A DNA stretch of 64,000 bases from Raillietiella orientalis (taxonomy: Eukaryota), in assembly GCA_036172245.1 (NCBI GenBank), contig JAYWIR010000002.1, positions 6,882,001 to 6,946,000 of the forward strand, in the 5' to 3' direction. Each line of letters begins with the position of its first letter. The stretch's first letter is position 1. The notes beneath the pieces are model-generated. The model made no database searches. It was not told where the DNA came from and worked only from the letters and a program-made list of their open reading frames with translations. The position numbers and the translations under genes were made by a program. Of this stretch, positions 25,601-38,379 are shown piece by piece.

Positions 25601-26449
25601 ATTGCCTTTAAGTCAACATACCACGCTGACGAAGCGTGATTCTGCTGTCAAAAAGCCCACGTCTCTTTCCTCTCTTGCAGAGAATTCGTGCTTATAAAAT
25701 TATTCTCATCCCTCTCTGTGTTTTTTGTTCTTCTTCCCGTGAAGCAGTCAACCTTGTTCCTTAGATGGAAATAAATTTGGGGAGAGCAGGGCGGCATGCG
25801 GAACGTGGAAATGCGGGCTCGAACCCCCCGCTGATACAGGCGTATCTGGCTCCAAACACCACTCCCACGTTTGAGGGAAAACCTCCTGCAGTCGAGCGTG
25901 GTAAACAAAAAAAAACCTCCGACCTTCACCGATGTGTTTCCGTTTCCTTTTTCCTTGTGGCTCTTACGTTACTCTTCCAGTAGTCCGCCTCAGTTAACTG
26001 CAGACGGTCACCTGTTTACACCACTCACTCGAACACCCTAACCCGCAGAATCATTACATCACGTTACATCGTCTCCTTCACCCGCGAGCCATCCCGCCTA
26101 CGGGAATCAAGATCGATGCCATTCCGGGACTCCTCAATCGAAGGCAACCATCCTTCTTCAGGACACCGTGACTCTCTTTTGGTCAACGTTCAAAAGCATG
26201 TGGAATCGAATCAAGGATTCAGGTCTATCCAGCGTAACTCAGGCAACCCAGGCCGACGTCACCAAAATAGTAAAAGTCCTGAAAGCAACACTGCTCAGAA
26301 GAAGATTAGGAAAGGCCGAAGCATTGAGTGCTGTGTCTGGATATGTTGCATTTCTTGCATCAGTTTTCCAGTTTGGCTGCAGGATTGGCAAATAAAATTG
26401 GAAATATTGGAAAAAAAAAAAAAAACAGTAAAACGCCAGTGATGGAACT

Positions 26450-28690
26450 TCAGTTTAGAAAAGCAGCAGCGACTTGGCCGGTCGTAATCACAAGGATGCG
26501 TTGCAGAATCCCCAAAACTCGATTCTACTCCACGTTCAGTACACACGTTTTCGCTTGATTTGTAGGTATGACGCCCGTAGATGTATGCAAAAGTCACCAA
26601 GCATGAAAGGTCACCAAGTGCAGAGTCGAGAGCAAGGAGCACTTCCTCTTCCGGGATGATCGGACGAAGAAACGGATCGATTGATGCATTCTTGTAGTAC
26701 TGCTTGGAGAAAGGGATGCAGCCTTTGCTTCCATGGATACAGACGGCAACAGCCCCTTCCTCCGCCTAAAGTTGCAGACCTTCGTCGCATTTTTCCGTCC
26801 ACAGCTTTTTGGTTGAATCGTGAGAATTCCCAGCTGATAGCTCCGCGGAGTCAGCGCTGTTGATTGGTAAACACTCTGTTCTTTTCGAAAAGAAATCTTC
26901 CGAGTGTAAATTCACGGGGAAGGATGGAAGCACCTTCCGTTATAATTCCGCAGTAGGATTCATCTACCTACACGTTCGTCCGTCAGTAGGTAATCACCGA
27001 TCAATCCTTAGTTAATTGGTGATCACGAAGTCTTTCGATACAAGGTTCTTGCTCTTTTCAAATGGTCCATTCTGTCTTGTCTGTCCTCCTCAGCCGTTCC
27101 TGAACCACTCGGATGTGCTCTTCATCATTTCGGAAGCATCTTTCGCGTCGTTAACTCGAATAACGTGACGGAGGGAACCCTCCGAACAATTTCGAAGAGC
27201 CGGATTTCGGCGGAATTCCTGCTTCAGCGGTCATTCGGCCGTTTGTCAATGCTGCGTGACATCGATATCTTCTGCCGTTGCTTCAGTCATCCAGGATGGG
27301 ATCATCAAACCGAATGCAGTTTGATTGCATCCTTTGCAGCTTTGGATAAAGGGGTAATCTGGATCGGAAGATGGATGCTGAGGAAAAAGACGACCTCGAT
27401 CTGATTCTGAGATGCGCAGGCATATCAAGCAGCGGCAGAAGAAAAGATTTCATTGTGCTTTTCGGCTCACTCGTAAGATGAGATACTCGGGATTCAGGAA
27501 CGGCGTCCATCAAATCAACCCAGACTGGTACGGAAGCAACTGGGAGATGCCAGCGGCTTTTTCTTATCCATGAGTTCTCCCTGACATCGCAAATCGCGAG
27601 GGTCATTCGTTCCTACCACTCGTTGTCAAGCAACGGGGGCGGAAACCGAGATTCGCGCACATTCCTTCGGATCCTTTCCGTTCTAGACACGACCGTGCTC
27701 TTCGTCCACCTCCCTTCAGCTCGAAAGCTGCAGCGCGACCACTGAAAATCACTGAACTGCGAGAGCCACGCTAAACGTGAATCGGGAATTCCACACAGTC
27801 GCCACGAGTTTCCTCGTACCGTCACTGCTGATGCATTCCATACTTTGGTTCCCCTCGTTGCATCCCGAGAATTCTTTGCGGCTCTTCTATAGCTGAGACT
27901 CGATGCTTGTTAGGGAAGGATGTCCCCAAATGCTTTGCTCGCAGGTCCGGGGCATCATAAGAAGCATCGTGGACTGATGCTACTGAGCCTCGGGACTCAA
28001 AGGTGAGGAAATCTTCGTGGAATCGTCGAACGAGATCAGTGAAGAGGCGCTCTCGACCACCATCCGAGCACTGGGGCTGCAAAAATTCCGGATCGCAGGC
28101 ATCCCTGTCTCTTTCTGAAATCCCATGCGGTAGAATCGAAAGGCCGTTGGAGACTGTCACCAGACCAAGAAGCGCTGTCATACCCACAGTGCCTTCAGGG
28201 ACGGGCACAAGAGAAGGATTCACCTGTTTTCCGATCTCAGTAAAAGTCGCTCGACTCAGAATCTTAAAAAAATGCCCATGCATTCAAACAAGACCCATGT
28301 GTTTTCACCAACACATTTCAAACTCCTATCCAATTCAAGCCTTTCGTTCCAAACAAAAAAGATTTCTCATCATTCACGCCAGTCTGAAGTCTGATCACGT
28401 AGGAGTTTGAGCCTGGTACTGCAAGTCTCCTGCTCCCTGTGGGTGCCCGATTTAGCACTGAGGTCACAAACATCTCCATACGGATCCGGACTATCCATGT
28501 CGAATTGGGACATTGTGTCCCTTGGATAGATTCGAAGGTCAGCTGCCTTCCTGTTCGCGATCAACTGGATACATTTCGAGGCTGCTGGGTGTGCGTAATG
28601 ACACCGATGGGAAATTGCTTGAAGGTAACGCTTCAACCAGTGAGAGCTGAGAATCGGAAGACTTTGGCTGCCAGGATCCAGCAAGACTCT
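26450..28690 (-). mobile_element. BEL/Pao pol remnant (protease-RT-RNase H)
   Basis: LDPGSQS (protease DSGSQ), GHFFKIL...LVRRFHE, WHLPV, ICLRISESDR...QTAFGLMIP (Pao RT) and ALDSALG...AYIYGR (RNase H DAS...AY). Confidence 0.7.
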
Positions 28691-28749
28691 TGGTCAATCT
28701 CTGGCAACCCCTCCCTACTCCTGGCTTTCGAGATTTCCCCAGCACGAGG

Positions 28750-31500
28750 GTGAGTGTAGTCGCGGCATTGCAAACTGCACGAGCTCTGCCTCGACGACGA
28801 CGAGAACCCGGATCACGACGAAACCGAGCAATGAGAACACTTTCACGCGACTCCAGAGGTGGGCAGTGTCGCTCCTCACTCTCGTCCATGCCCACGACTT
28901 GTCCAGAGTTGGGGTTACCTCTTTGCACGTGCCTCTCTCCTTGGGCGGTCACGCCTACGCCTGAACGAGCAGCGCGTGTACCTGGCGATGGACGGTGGGA
29001 AACGGCTCGTCTGTTGCTGACGTTTGCTCTGGCCCTACGGGACTTCTGCCTTCACTGAACCCCCCAGCTGGACCTCTCGGTGTCTGATGCTGTTTCCCAC
29101 CCGGGTGCGCCGGGGCGTTCATTCCTAAACTATCCGAGGACAGGGTTCCCGGACAAAGGACACAGAAGAACGAATGGAGGGATCCCCGACACGCAGGTCG
29201 GTAAACCGAAAGTTCGGAACGGGAGGGAGGGGACCACAAATGCACATATAAAAAATATGAATAAAGCCACGGGGAGGGTAGGGGAAGGGGTCTTTGGTTT
29301 CGGCCATTCCATTCCTTCAGAACCGGCGGTGGATGCCGGAGATCTCGCTCCTCACGTCTTCCTTAAGATGGACCCACTCGGCAGCCGACGCCATGTTCAC
29401 GCCGGCTATTCCGGTGGCCTGTCGTCGAATGGCCTGCTTCTCCAGCTCTCGGTGGGCCTTGTCGATGGCGCGGGTGCAACAGGCCGTCGCAATAACGACC
29501 GCGTCTGTTGCTGCTGTGGTGGCGGTAGCGCCGTCCTCAAAGCTCATTGTTTTTCTGCTGGCACCAACCAAATCAAGCATCGCCTCAGCCTACCGCGTTT
29601 CCAATAGCGCGTACATCTGGATGGTCACTCGTGCCACACGAGTCAACCGACTGGCTTCCTCTACTTGGTCTCATGGGATGAAGAAAGTTCTTGCACTTCT
29701 TGCGGCTCGTCGTCAATCGGTCAGGAGTGAAAAGTACCTTCGCCAAAGATTGTTGGGAGCGATTTCCGAAACATCGCTCTTCCCTCGGCACGTGATCTGG
29801 AAAGATTCAAAGGATGGGAAAATCTAGCTGGTGGCACTGACATCCCGAGAATGCGTGTGTGGTTTTCCATCCACGCCCACTCGACAATTACGCCGCTCCG
29901 AAAATATGCCGACCGGTGGGCGGACTTTTCGGGGAACAAGGAAACGAGGGGGGTCCTTTTAAGAATTCTCCCTCGTTACCCAGTGGCGTTCGTTGTTCCG
30001 AAAAGCGGTGTCCTCGAACTGAGAGGGAAGCTGCGCTGTCCGTTTCTTCGCCTTGCCGCATGATTGTGCTTCGGCAGGCCGACTACTCGTAGCCTGGCAT
30101 GCCTGCATCCGAAAGTCATGCAGATAGTCATTCACTTTGTCTCGAAGTGATCTGTAAAGTGGATATCTGGATCATTCGACTACCCTTATTTTCTCTGAGA
30201 TTGCTACCTGTGTTACATGCGGTGGATGGGATGTTTTACAAATTAAGTTTGATCATCTGCACGATCAGTGTTATCCTGTTGATCTCGTGCCGAATTTAGC
30301 TTTCCATCTACTCATGTCTGGATCTGTTTCTCTTCCCACCTGCTTTCAATAACAACGGATCGTTCTTCTAAAACCTTTCTCATGGAAAACATCCATTCTT
30401 TACCACCTGCGAGTATTTGGGAACAGAGTGAGATCTGAAGTCGGGTGAACGGGGAGGAAAAAAAAAAAGTGGGATCGACCAGGCGTTCCTACGTACTTTC
30501 CAGGGTATCTTATCAACCAGCATACCAATGGAAAGTGTCTCATAGCAGCGTCGGCATCACGACGACGCGGAACGGAAGTCATTAGCAAGGGATGGTGCAG
30601 CAAAAATGGTGTGGCGATGGGGAACGCAAAACATGGAGATGTTTCCGCTCTTAGGGCAGGAAGTTGTAGCGAACACCCGTGCAACGCAATGGATGAACAC
30701 GTATGTGAGAAGCAGCCAAACGCTGCCAATTACTCACTACTGCAGAAAACCGCACCTCATCAGTTTGCCTGAGGATCCCCACGCAGTGTTTTTTCCACCT
30801 GATTGCACTGACTTCTCTTCCCCCTCCCCCCCTTCCCCAACGATTCACACATTAACAACAACAACAAAAAAAAAAAAGTCTGTGCGATCCCGACAAGACA
30901 ACGAATGGAGCAATCACTTAATCGTCCGCCCTCACAAGGATGCTTTCTCCTCCACCCATCATTTGGAAAAGAATCTTTTATTCAACGGTGCTCTTCTCAG
31001 TTGCCGGTCGAATCAATAACCCATGAGTTGCTTCCCTTACGCTTCCCGGAAAGCCAAGCTTCTCCATCCCCCCCTTAGTCTTACTAATGGCTTCGTTACG
31101 TGACTTCGTTCGTCGACAGTTGTTGTTGTTTTTTTCATTTTCTTGAGAACCATCTGCATGCAAATCGAATCTGTCCTTGTGCTGAACTGTCCGCTGCGAT
31201 CCTAACAGCCGGTTCGCTTCCATCCGGATGATCAACCGGAGCAAAGTAACAGCATCGATAGCGCTCTCAGCGAATTGCTTTGACATCGTCCAAGTACAGA
31301 GCCGGTGGACTCGCATTCGATAGCCGAGCGCCACGTGGCTCTGCTAAATTTATTTCTCCTAATTTAGCGCGCTTTGCTGCAGTTTAGTACTTGATCCCGT
31401 CATCTTCGGACAGAATCCCGAATGCAATTACTGGAAATGAATTCCCAGTCCGGAATCTGAAGCATCAAAGCGTAGCGTGCCGAGCTGACACTCGGAACGA
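28750..31500 (-). mobile_element. Gypsy LTR retrotransposon remnant (gag-RT-RNase H-integrase)
   Basis: Gag-like WRSAIECE...NRLLGSQ, RNase H LWRRYFSLLTD, integrase AH...EWVHLKEDVRSEI, PFPYPPRGFIHIFYMCICGPLP and GPEQTSATDEPFP...GNPNSGQV. Confidence 0.65.
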
Positions 31501-31875
31501 ACGTTCATCTGGGCATTCTTCGAGGCTGGAGGTTCGGTCCACCCAGATCACGAAGCTGCGGATCGAATTCCTCATTCCCGTTCGTTTATCACGGCGGCAC
31601 CCGGTTTCCAACAGGGACACCACCGCACTGCGAAGACGTGCGTCTTCGCGTTGTGCTCACGTCACAGGGAAAAGGGTGTGCTGACGGGGAAAAGAGCTGT
31701 AGTCAGTTCAGAGAGGACACCTTCGATGCTGCGTGAGGATAAGTGGACCACAGCTAAAGCAAATCAGTTTGCTTATTCCCTCACTTGTTAAAAGTCGGAC
31801 CATCTGGCAGCGACAGAATGTTACCTCCGTTCAGCCATGTCTTGCGATGTGTTTCGATTTTTTGGTAAGAAATTA

Positions 31876-32420
31876 TACTGAATGGTCAAATGCATTATGA
31901 ACACCATAAATGTTTAGCGTGTTCACGAATGTCTTACAACGTGGTAAGACGGGTGAGACTGTAGCATGTAATTCGTTAAAACCATCGGAAATTTAGCTCA
32001 TAACCCGTAAATGTTTACATCCCTACCTAATACGTACATGAATAATTGGATATATTAAGCATTATATGTAAAATTACCCTGTCGTAAAAGTGAAATGGTA
32101 AAAAGGACGTTCTGCTGCAATTCGATGATATTCTGGCCTCTGACGACGTCAACCCGACTACTGACCTGGCCTACTGCAAAGATGTTAACTTTTGCCTTCA
32201 CTTTCGTGTACTCAGCTGTACGCTCGGATGTCCGAATCACGTCCTCGCTGATTTTTTTTGGAGAGCGTGACTGCCTTGTTTTCCAAGTTGCCAAGTTCTT
32301 CCACAAGTAAAAGAAAATACTGCACTTTTGCTCGTCTACTTGACACCAAAACTGCCATAATCTCTGAACATTAAAGGATGCCGTAGGATTAATTAAGGTC
32401 TCATTTTTCATAAACGCTTT
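31876..32420 (-). mobile_element. Tc1-like transposon deletion derivative
   Basis: HTH-region peptide TRQSRSPKKISEDVIRT...GQVSSR (GRPxK...VS). Terminus reads GGTGTTCATAATGCATTTGACCATTCAGTA|TA, resembling a Tc1 TIR at a TA. The second TIR was not found. Confidence 0.4.
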
Positions 32421-32519
32421 TCGTGCAATAAACCATATAAGAAAAAAAAAAAAAAAAAAAAAGCTCCACACATCTGGAAAAGGATATGGTCTCTGAGATT
32501 TGCATGGATCTCTCCAGTC

Positions 32520-34400
32520 GAGATTACGAGCAAATCGTAATCTCGACTGGAGCCTACTGGCACGAAGCAGATAAAAATAGGAGGCCGTGCAAGAAACGCG
32601 GAAGTACTGAGGGATCCTGCGAAATCTTCCCTTCGGCAACTCGAATTCTTGTACGTGTGCCATCCTTGTTCCTGTCCGAGAATTCTGATGGCAAACAGTG
32701 CACGGAAGAGGGAGAAAAAGAACACATTTACAATCACTTTTCCTGCTCCCCCCGTCATCGACCTGGTCGGTTCTCTGGCACCATGGTATTCGCTTCCGAT
32801 CTCGATGTATGCAAACATGAAGCATCCGCGTGGTCACCGAACTTTGTTCATCTGCTCACTCTTCTGCCGAGTTCTTCCGACCTTTTTCTGCTTCGTGGCT
32901 GTTCCCCTGGGATTTTGCATCCTGATCACAAGGACCGTTCACTTTTCCCGCTATTCCAGGAATTTCGCACCGGCGTGTCTTGGAGACTGCATCAAGTAGA
33001 TTTTAAATTCTGGACTCGAACTTTTCAACTTGAAAAATCTGACCGCAAGGACACGCACGGACACAAAGTGCAATCACTGTTTCTGGAAAATTGCGGCGGT
33101 GAAGCGTTGTCATTTTCCTGAAACACTGATTGCTGTAGGTGCACCTCGACGGTAAGTGGATAATTAACCGACACTTGAAGTTGAAACTGAAGTTAAGGTC
33201 ACGGGTACTGAGCCATCAACTCTTCCTTCAATAGCTGGGGACTTTTCACTAATGAAGGTCAAGAAAAGCACGTTAAACACCAGCACATGCGTGCGGAAAC
33301 AAGCGCCATACTTTAAAGAGAATAGGTCGCTTCGTAGGCGACAGTGGAATAGCAAGTCACTTAGCGTGGTAGGTAACGACTGAGATACTCCTTTGAGTAC
33401 AGAGGAGGATGACTCTCGACCGAATGCTTCGGTGAACAGCGACCAATAGTGCGGTTACTGATGCACAGCAGTCTGTAAGCTTGCAGCTAAGCTTGCCCTT
33501 CTGTCCATCATAAAACGGGTAGTACCAGCCTGATAACCAGAATTGCCCACGCTCCAAGCTCCTCGGTAAGCAGTGACGGATGCAGTGGCAAGGTCAAGAA
33601 GTGGCGAGAAGAGCGTGAAAGGAAACAGCGTGTTCTTCTAACCAAAGATGCACAGCACTCTTGGCTTAACCTCCTGCTAAGGAACACCCATAGGCAGCAA
33701 AAAAACGGGGCATCATGCTGCAGGCAGGACGGGAAGGCTGTCTCGTCTCCGTATTGATGCCTCTCAAGTTGGAGTTCGCGAAACAGAGAGGGCAAGAGTC
33801 CACGGCGCTGCAGCTGCTTGGAGGGCGAGAACCGCCATATGGAAGCAATGTGCATCACATGGCACCGACGGATGATGCCCGCGTCGCCACAAGACGAAAC
33901 CCGTCGACGCGAGGTACTGCCACAGAAGTGGTAAAGTTTCCTTCCGTGTTACTGGATCCGAAAAGAATCGCTGAGAGTGAGTTACATTGCCCAACAATTA
34001 TTGCTGCTGCTTATTTGCAAACAGGTAGCTGAGGATCCTCATTTCCAGTCAACGTAAAGAATCACCTCATCCCTGGCCTTCCACCTGCTGTTTCCACCGC
34101 CACGTGGATCCTGAACGTCTGTACGCACTGGGTCTCCAGCTACGTTTCTTTTTCTGCATCAGCCATTTTCCGAAATGGGAACAGAACAGGATCCGTTGCC
34201 TACGCTACCCTGCGCATTCCTGCGACATTCTTGCTTTCGATGTGCATGTTGGCAACCCCATATAACGAGAGCACATCCACTGTATCAGATTCGTACTTCC
34301 AGCTCCGCTGTCATGGCAAAATTCCTGGCATCATGATGCATCATTCCTTCAGAACAATTTGTATGCAAACATTCTCAAACACCCTACTTCCAGCATTCCG
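32520..34400 (-). mobile_element. RTE-clade LINE RT remnant
   Basis: KWLMQK, RGQFWLSGWYYPFYDGQKG...TALL...SRVIL, SLRSDFSS-KVRVQN and EPTRSMTGGAGK...FFFSLF, in RT order. Confidence 0.55.
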
Positions 34401-35529
34401 ATTTGTTCATTTGCTCTTCCTGCCTCCTGAACGTCTTTAATTTAATGAAAGCCTGGAAATGACTTGGAAACACAGAATTTTATTTTTCGAAGAACGCAAG
34501 CATGCGAGGCCCTGAAAATGCCTGAACATTACATTTTTACCTTTTCACAGGCTGCAAACACTCAAATCTTTTCAACAGCGGCCTCCACCCGTAACTTAAA
34601 GCCCTCCTGTTGAATGACGATCATTGAAGGGGGGGGGAGGACCACATTCTGCTGGCAGCATGGCTGCTTTCACAAAAGCCTCCATTAGATGCGTTCAAAA
34701 CCTGCACCTTTTTTCTTGTTCTTTTTTGACAGCAACCTCCTGGTTTCACCGCTGCAAACATTCTTTCAGCAGGTGACCAGACCGGACCTTGCAAACAGCT
34801 TCCGTTTCTCGAGGGAAAACTGACCCGAAACACAAATCACGAATTTCATGAGGAATAATTGGCGGTCGAAGAATCGGCATATTTCTTCTTCGACGCTATG
34901 CCCGATTATTGTATTACATTCATTTCCAATAAACATTTCTATCCTTCAGCATCCTCTTTCCCTGGTACCGTTTCCAGAGGATTCCAAAACCATTCAACGA
35001 AACTTTTACTAGTTGGACATCCAGCGCCCTGAGACCACCTTGGTCCACTGAATTCCGAAGGCGGTCTGTTTGGCGTGGTGGAATCTCACAGCTGCTCATT
35101 TTATGCCGATCATTTCTAGCCATGTTGTACCAAAGAAGCAAACTATTAAGAATCATTTATAAACAGAACTCTATCTACCTGACTTCACTTTATCTTGGTT
35201 TCGTTTGCATTCGTGGCTAAATACACAAATTTACTTGCTCAGGCACTTGAAGAACACGTCCCAACTAGAATTTATACAAAGCACTCTCCACAACAAGTGT
35301 GTACAAATCATAGTTCAGGGTGTCTTTCAGCTTTTTTTTTTTTTTTTAAAGAGTTTTCTTTTTTTTTTGGTTCGCTAAGTACTTCAGAGCCGGTCGCGTG
35401 CCTCGCGGCGCGCGTGGCTCTTTTTAAACATTAAACACACTGTTTTGTTCCCACGCCCCTCCGCCCGCGGCAGCCCGCAGGGGGGCGCGTAATTCTTCAA
35501 AATAGGGGGCACCCCGGGATGGGGGTCCG

Positions 35530-36100
35530 CCCTATGAATCCAGGATGGTTCAGGGTTTCATCGTATCATTTGTATACCACGAATCGATAGCTGGAAACTG
35601 TCTTGCATGATTCTAAACGTCTACGGACGATCCTCTTCGAACTTTCTATCCGAATACATGAACGGCAGATGACGAAAAGGGCAAGATTGGACAGGACTGA
35701 AGGTTTTTTTCCCTCAGGCAGGAAATGCGAAAAGAGTAACGTCGGCTAAGACTCTCAGGAGCGCCTTGGAACAGCACAATCGGCATTTTAATGAGGTAAA
35801 CTGGGAATTCAATTTTGTTGGAAAGAAATAAAGAAAAAAGTCATAATGACTCCTTCCGACGAATAAGTGGACTTTACCCGTGAGGTCAGCACAGCTTGCT
35901 TAGGTCATACGGACAGATCTTTGAGATCCAAACGCTGACACGCGGAATTCAATGTTGCAGTGCACACCCTCGGTTGCCCCAGGCTAAAGGCAATCAGCTA
36001 GTTGTGCGGATCAAAAGAAAAGCTGCACTCCTCCTCCAGGAGTCCGAAAAGCTCTGCGGAAAAACGATGATTTCACCCCCAGAGCGAGGCCACCAGATAC
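35530..36100 (+). mobile_element. Possible Penelope-like (GIY-YIG) remnant
   Basis: SGLYP...LGHTDRSLRSKR-H resembles GxxY...YIGxTxRxLxxRxxEH. Upstream HRIIC...LNVYG resembles the Penelope linker. Weak. Confidence 0.3.
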
Positions 36101-37016
36101 CACATAAATTTCTTTATGCTACGTGATAACATGTGGCTCACTTTCTGAACTTCCAGATGCACCGAGCGAAAAGAATAAGAAATTCACAACAACTTCTCGG
36201 GAAACTGCAGTTCACACCGGAGAGGCCTTGTTTTTTTTTTTTTTTTTTTTTTTTTTCATCTTTCTTTTTTTTCTTAACCTGATGAGCAAGTTCGTTTCAG
36301 AGAAAGAAAGAAAGACGCCGCCCCTCGGCCTCTTCAAGCTTGGACCCCCCCCCCCCCACGTGAAAAAGCGGGGTGTCGGGGTTTGCAGACGCGAGCACTT
36401 TCGGCTTCACAACTTGTGCTCCTCAAGATGATCTTCCCTTTCGGCACACGACGAGCCGTGTTGTACACGTACCGTCCCACGTTAGGTGCCCATCCGACTA
36501 CTAATCCATCCTACTGGCACAGCCGTAGGGCGGTTGCTGACCCTCCATCTGCACTATGGTCGCAAAAGAACCGAAATCGACACGCGGAACTGGACATGAT
36601 GATGCAACCGAATTACTGCCAAAGGTAATGGATGGCATGCATAGAATAAAATGCGGATTCGCGGGATTTTCGTCCACTTTATAGTTCCATCTGCACTTGG
36701 TCCCCCCCCCCCGTATGTGCACACTGCAAAAACAGAAATACACCGAAGGGTTACTGACGAAGGCGCAACAGCACAGCTTTTGTGTGACCCGGTTTTTCTC
36801 GTTAGACGGTTTTTCGTCTCCCTGCCGGAAGCGTGCCATTCGACAAATATAAATGAAGCATGGGATTTTATGACTGCAGTGAAAACTCCCGAGGAAAGCG
36901 CTCAATTTACGGGAGCACACGTTAGCACGAGTTTTCTGAAATTTACGAATTGAACAGTTGTAGCAATTCGTAGCTTCAGTCAGTTGAATTTTATGCACAC
37001 CATGATTACTGGGCTA

Positions 37017-37052
37017 CACACACACACACACACACACACACATGCACACACA
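37017..37052. repeat. (CA)n microsatellite
   Basis: Direct reading of the sequence. Confidence 0.9.
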
Positions 37053-37950
37053 TGCGCCAGTGTGGGAAACTGGCTGCCAAAATCCGAGCATATTAGGGCA
37101 AGAGACTGTAAATAGAACCAAATATCAACTCTCCCAACAACTGATCATAGCAACTGATGCAACTGGGTATTTTTTTTTTTTTTTTTATAACCAGACTTAT
37201 CCTTGAGACACTGGAAATCAGGTAAAGAGTTTCAGAGCACCAAAACATGCTTTTATGTAGATTGGACACGATGAATTTTTTTTTAGGTATACAGAGGTCG
37301 AACAAAGATTTTCCATGGATACAATACTGTAGATGCACAATAATTCTACATTCCAATGCATATATACTACCTCTGCAACTTTGGATTACAGAAACTTTTA
37401 TCCATTTTACGCTGGATTCTAAATAAATCAGTAAACTTTTTCAGGAATGTTTTCAAAATAGATGTTACACTACCCTCATAATGTTACTCATCATGGGTGT
37501 TGATGCATGGTATAAATCACATAACCAATGAATGAAACCACTATTTGAAACTTATGAATGCATACCAATTATCTGCAGTTATTATTCAAAAGCAATTAGG
37601 CCAGTTCTGTATTTTATGGATGGCTAGAAAACAATCTATCACATCACTTTTTTCTTGTCAAAATGGTCAGAAATTTCCTGCTTCCAGTATAAAAATAGGA
37701 AATCTTCCTAAGTCACCTTCAAGCATCCAAACCAAAACAACTGAAGCATGAATGAAAAACCATTGGCTGTTTGCTTAATTTCTTGATTGCCAAATGACTA
37801 TTGTGAATTGCCATGTAAATAGATATAATGTATAACCATAGTATAGTTAAAATACTACTTTAAATAATGTCCAGCAAATAGAATGTCAATTTGTACAGTT
37901 TTTTTTTTTTTTTTTTTCACTACTGAGTATTTTGATCTAAGGCATTGAGA

Positions 37951-38379
37951 TCAATAATTGGGATTGTAAGGTGGAGGGTTACCTGGAACAGGATATGCTA
38001 AGAAACTGATAGCATTTGCACTCATTATGTATTACCAGGATATCCACTTTGTCCATAGGGAGTGGCAGTTGGTGCTGTAAGTGATGGATCAAATCCATAT
38101 GGAACAGGAGCTGGAGTTACTGGTGGAGGCATGACGGGTTGAGGATATGGCTGCACAGGTTGCAATGTTGTCACTTGGATGGTTTCTGTAGGTGTGTGAA
38201 CAAATCAAGAACACATTTTAACAAATGCAAAAAAACCAACCTCCTCTTCTTTTGCGTTTCTTACAACAGTAATAAAATAACACAACTCCAATGAATACAG
38301 CAACTGCTATGCTAATACCTTTCCAAATCCAGCCCCTAATATCCAGGGAATTAAGTAGTAGTAAAACAAGAACTTACAT
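37951..38379 (-). CDS. 97-aa single-pass membrane protein with Pro-rich PPxY tail; exons 38379-38378, 38335-38241, 38185-38036, 37997-37951
   Basis: Three canonical GT-AG introns (42, 55 and 38 nt) join in frame to give MGWIWKGISIAVAVFIGVVLFYYCCKKRKRRGETIQVTTLQPVQPYPQPVMPPPVTPAPVPYGFDPSLTAPTATPYGQSGYPAYPVPGNPPPYNPNY*. A further upstream intron (about 38412-38462) looks like 5-prime UTR. Confidence 0.8.

Noticed and set aside
37095..37290. Apparent chain of small plus-strand exons (GQETVNRTK...LILETLEIR...)
   Set aside because: It requires a 28-nt intron made mostly of a T tract and shows no recognisable homology.
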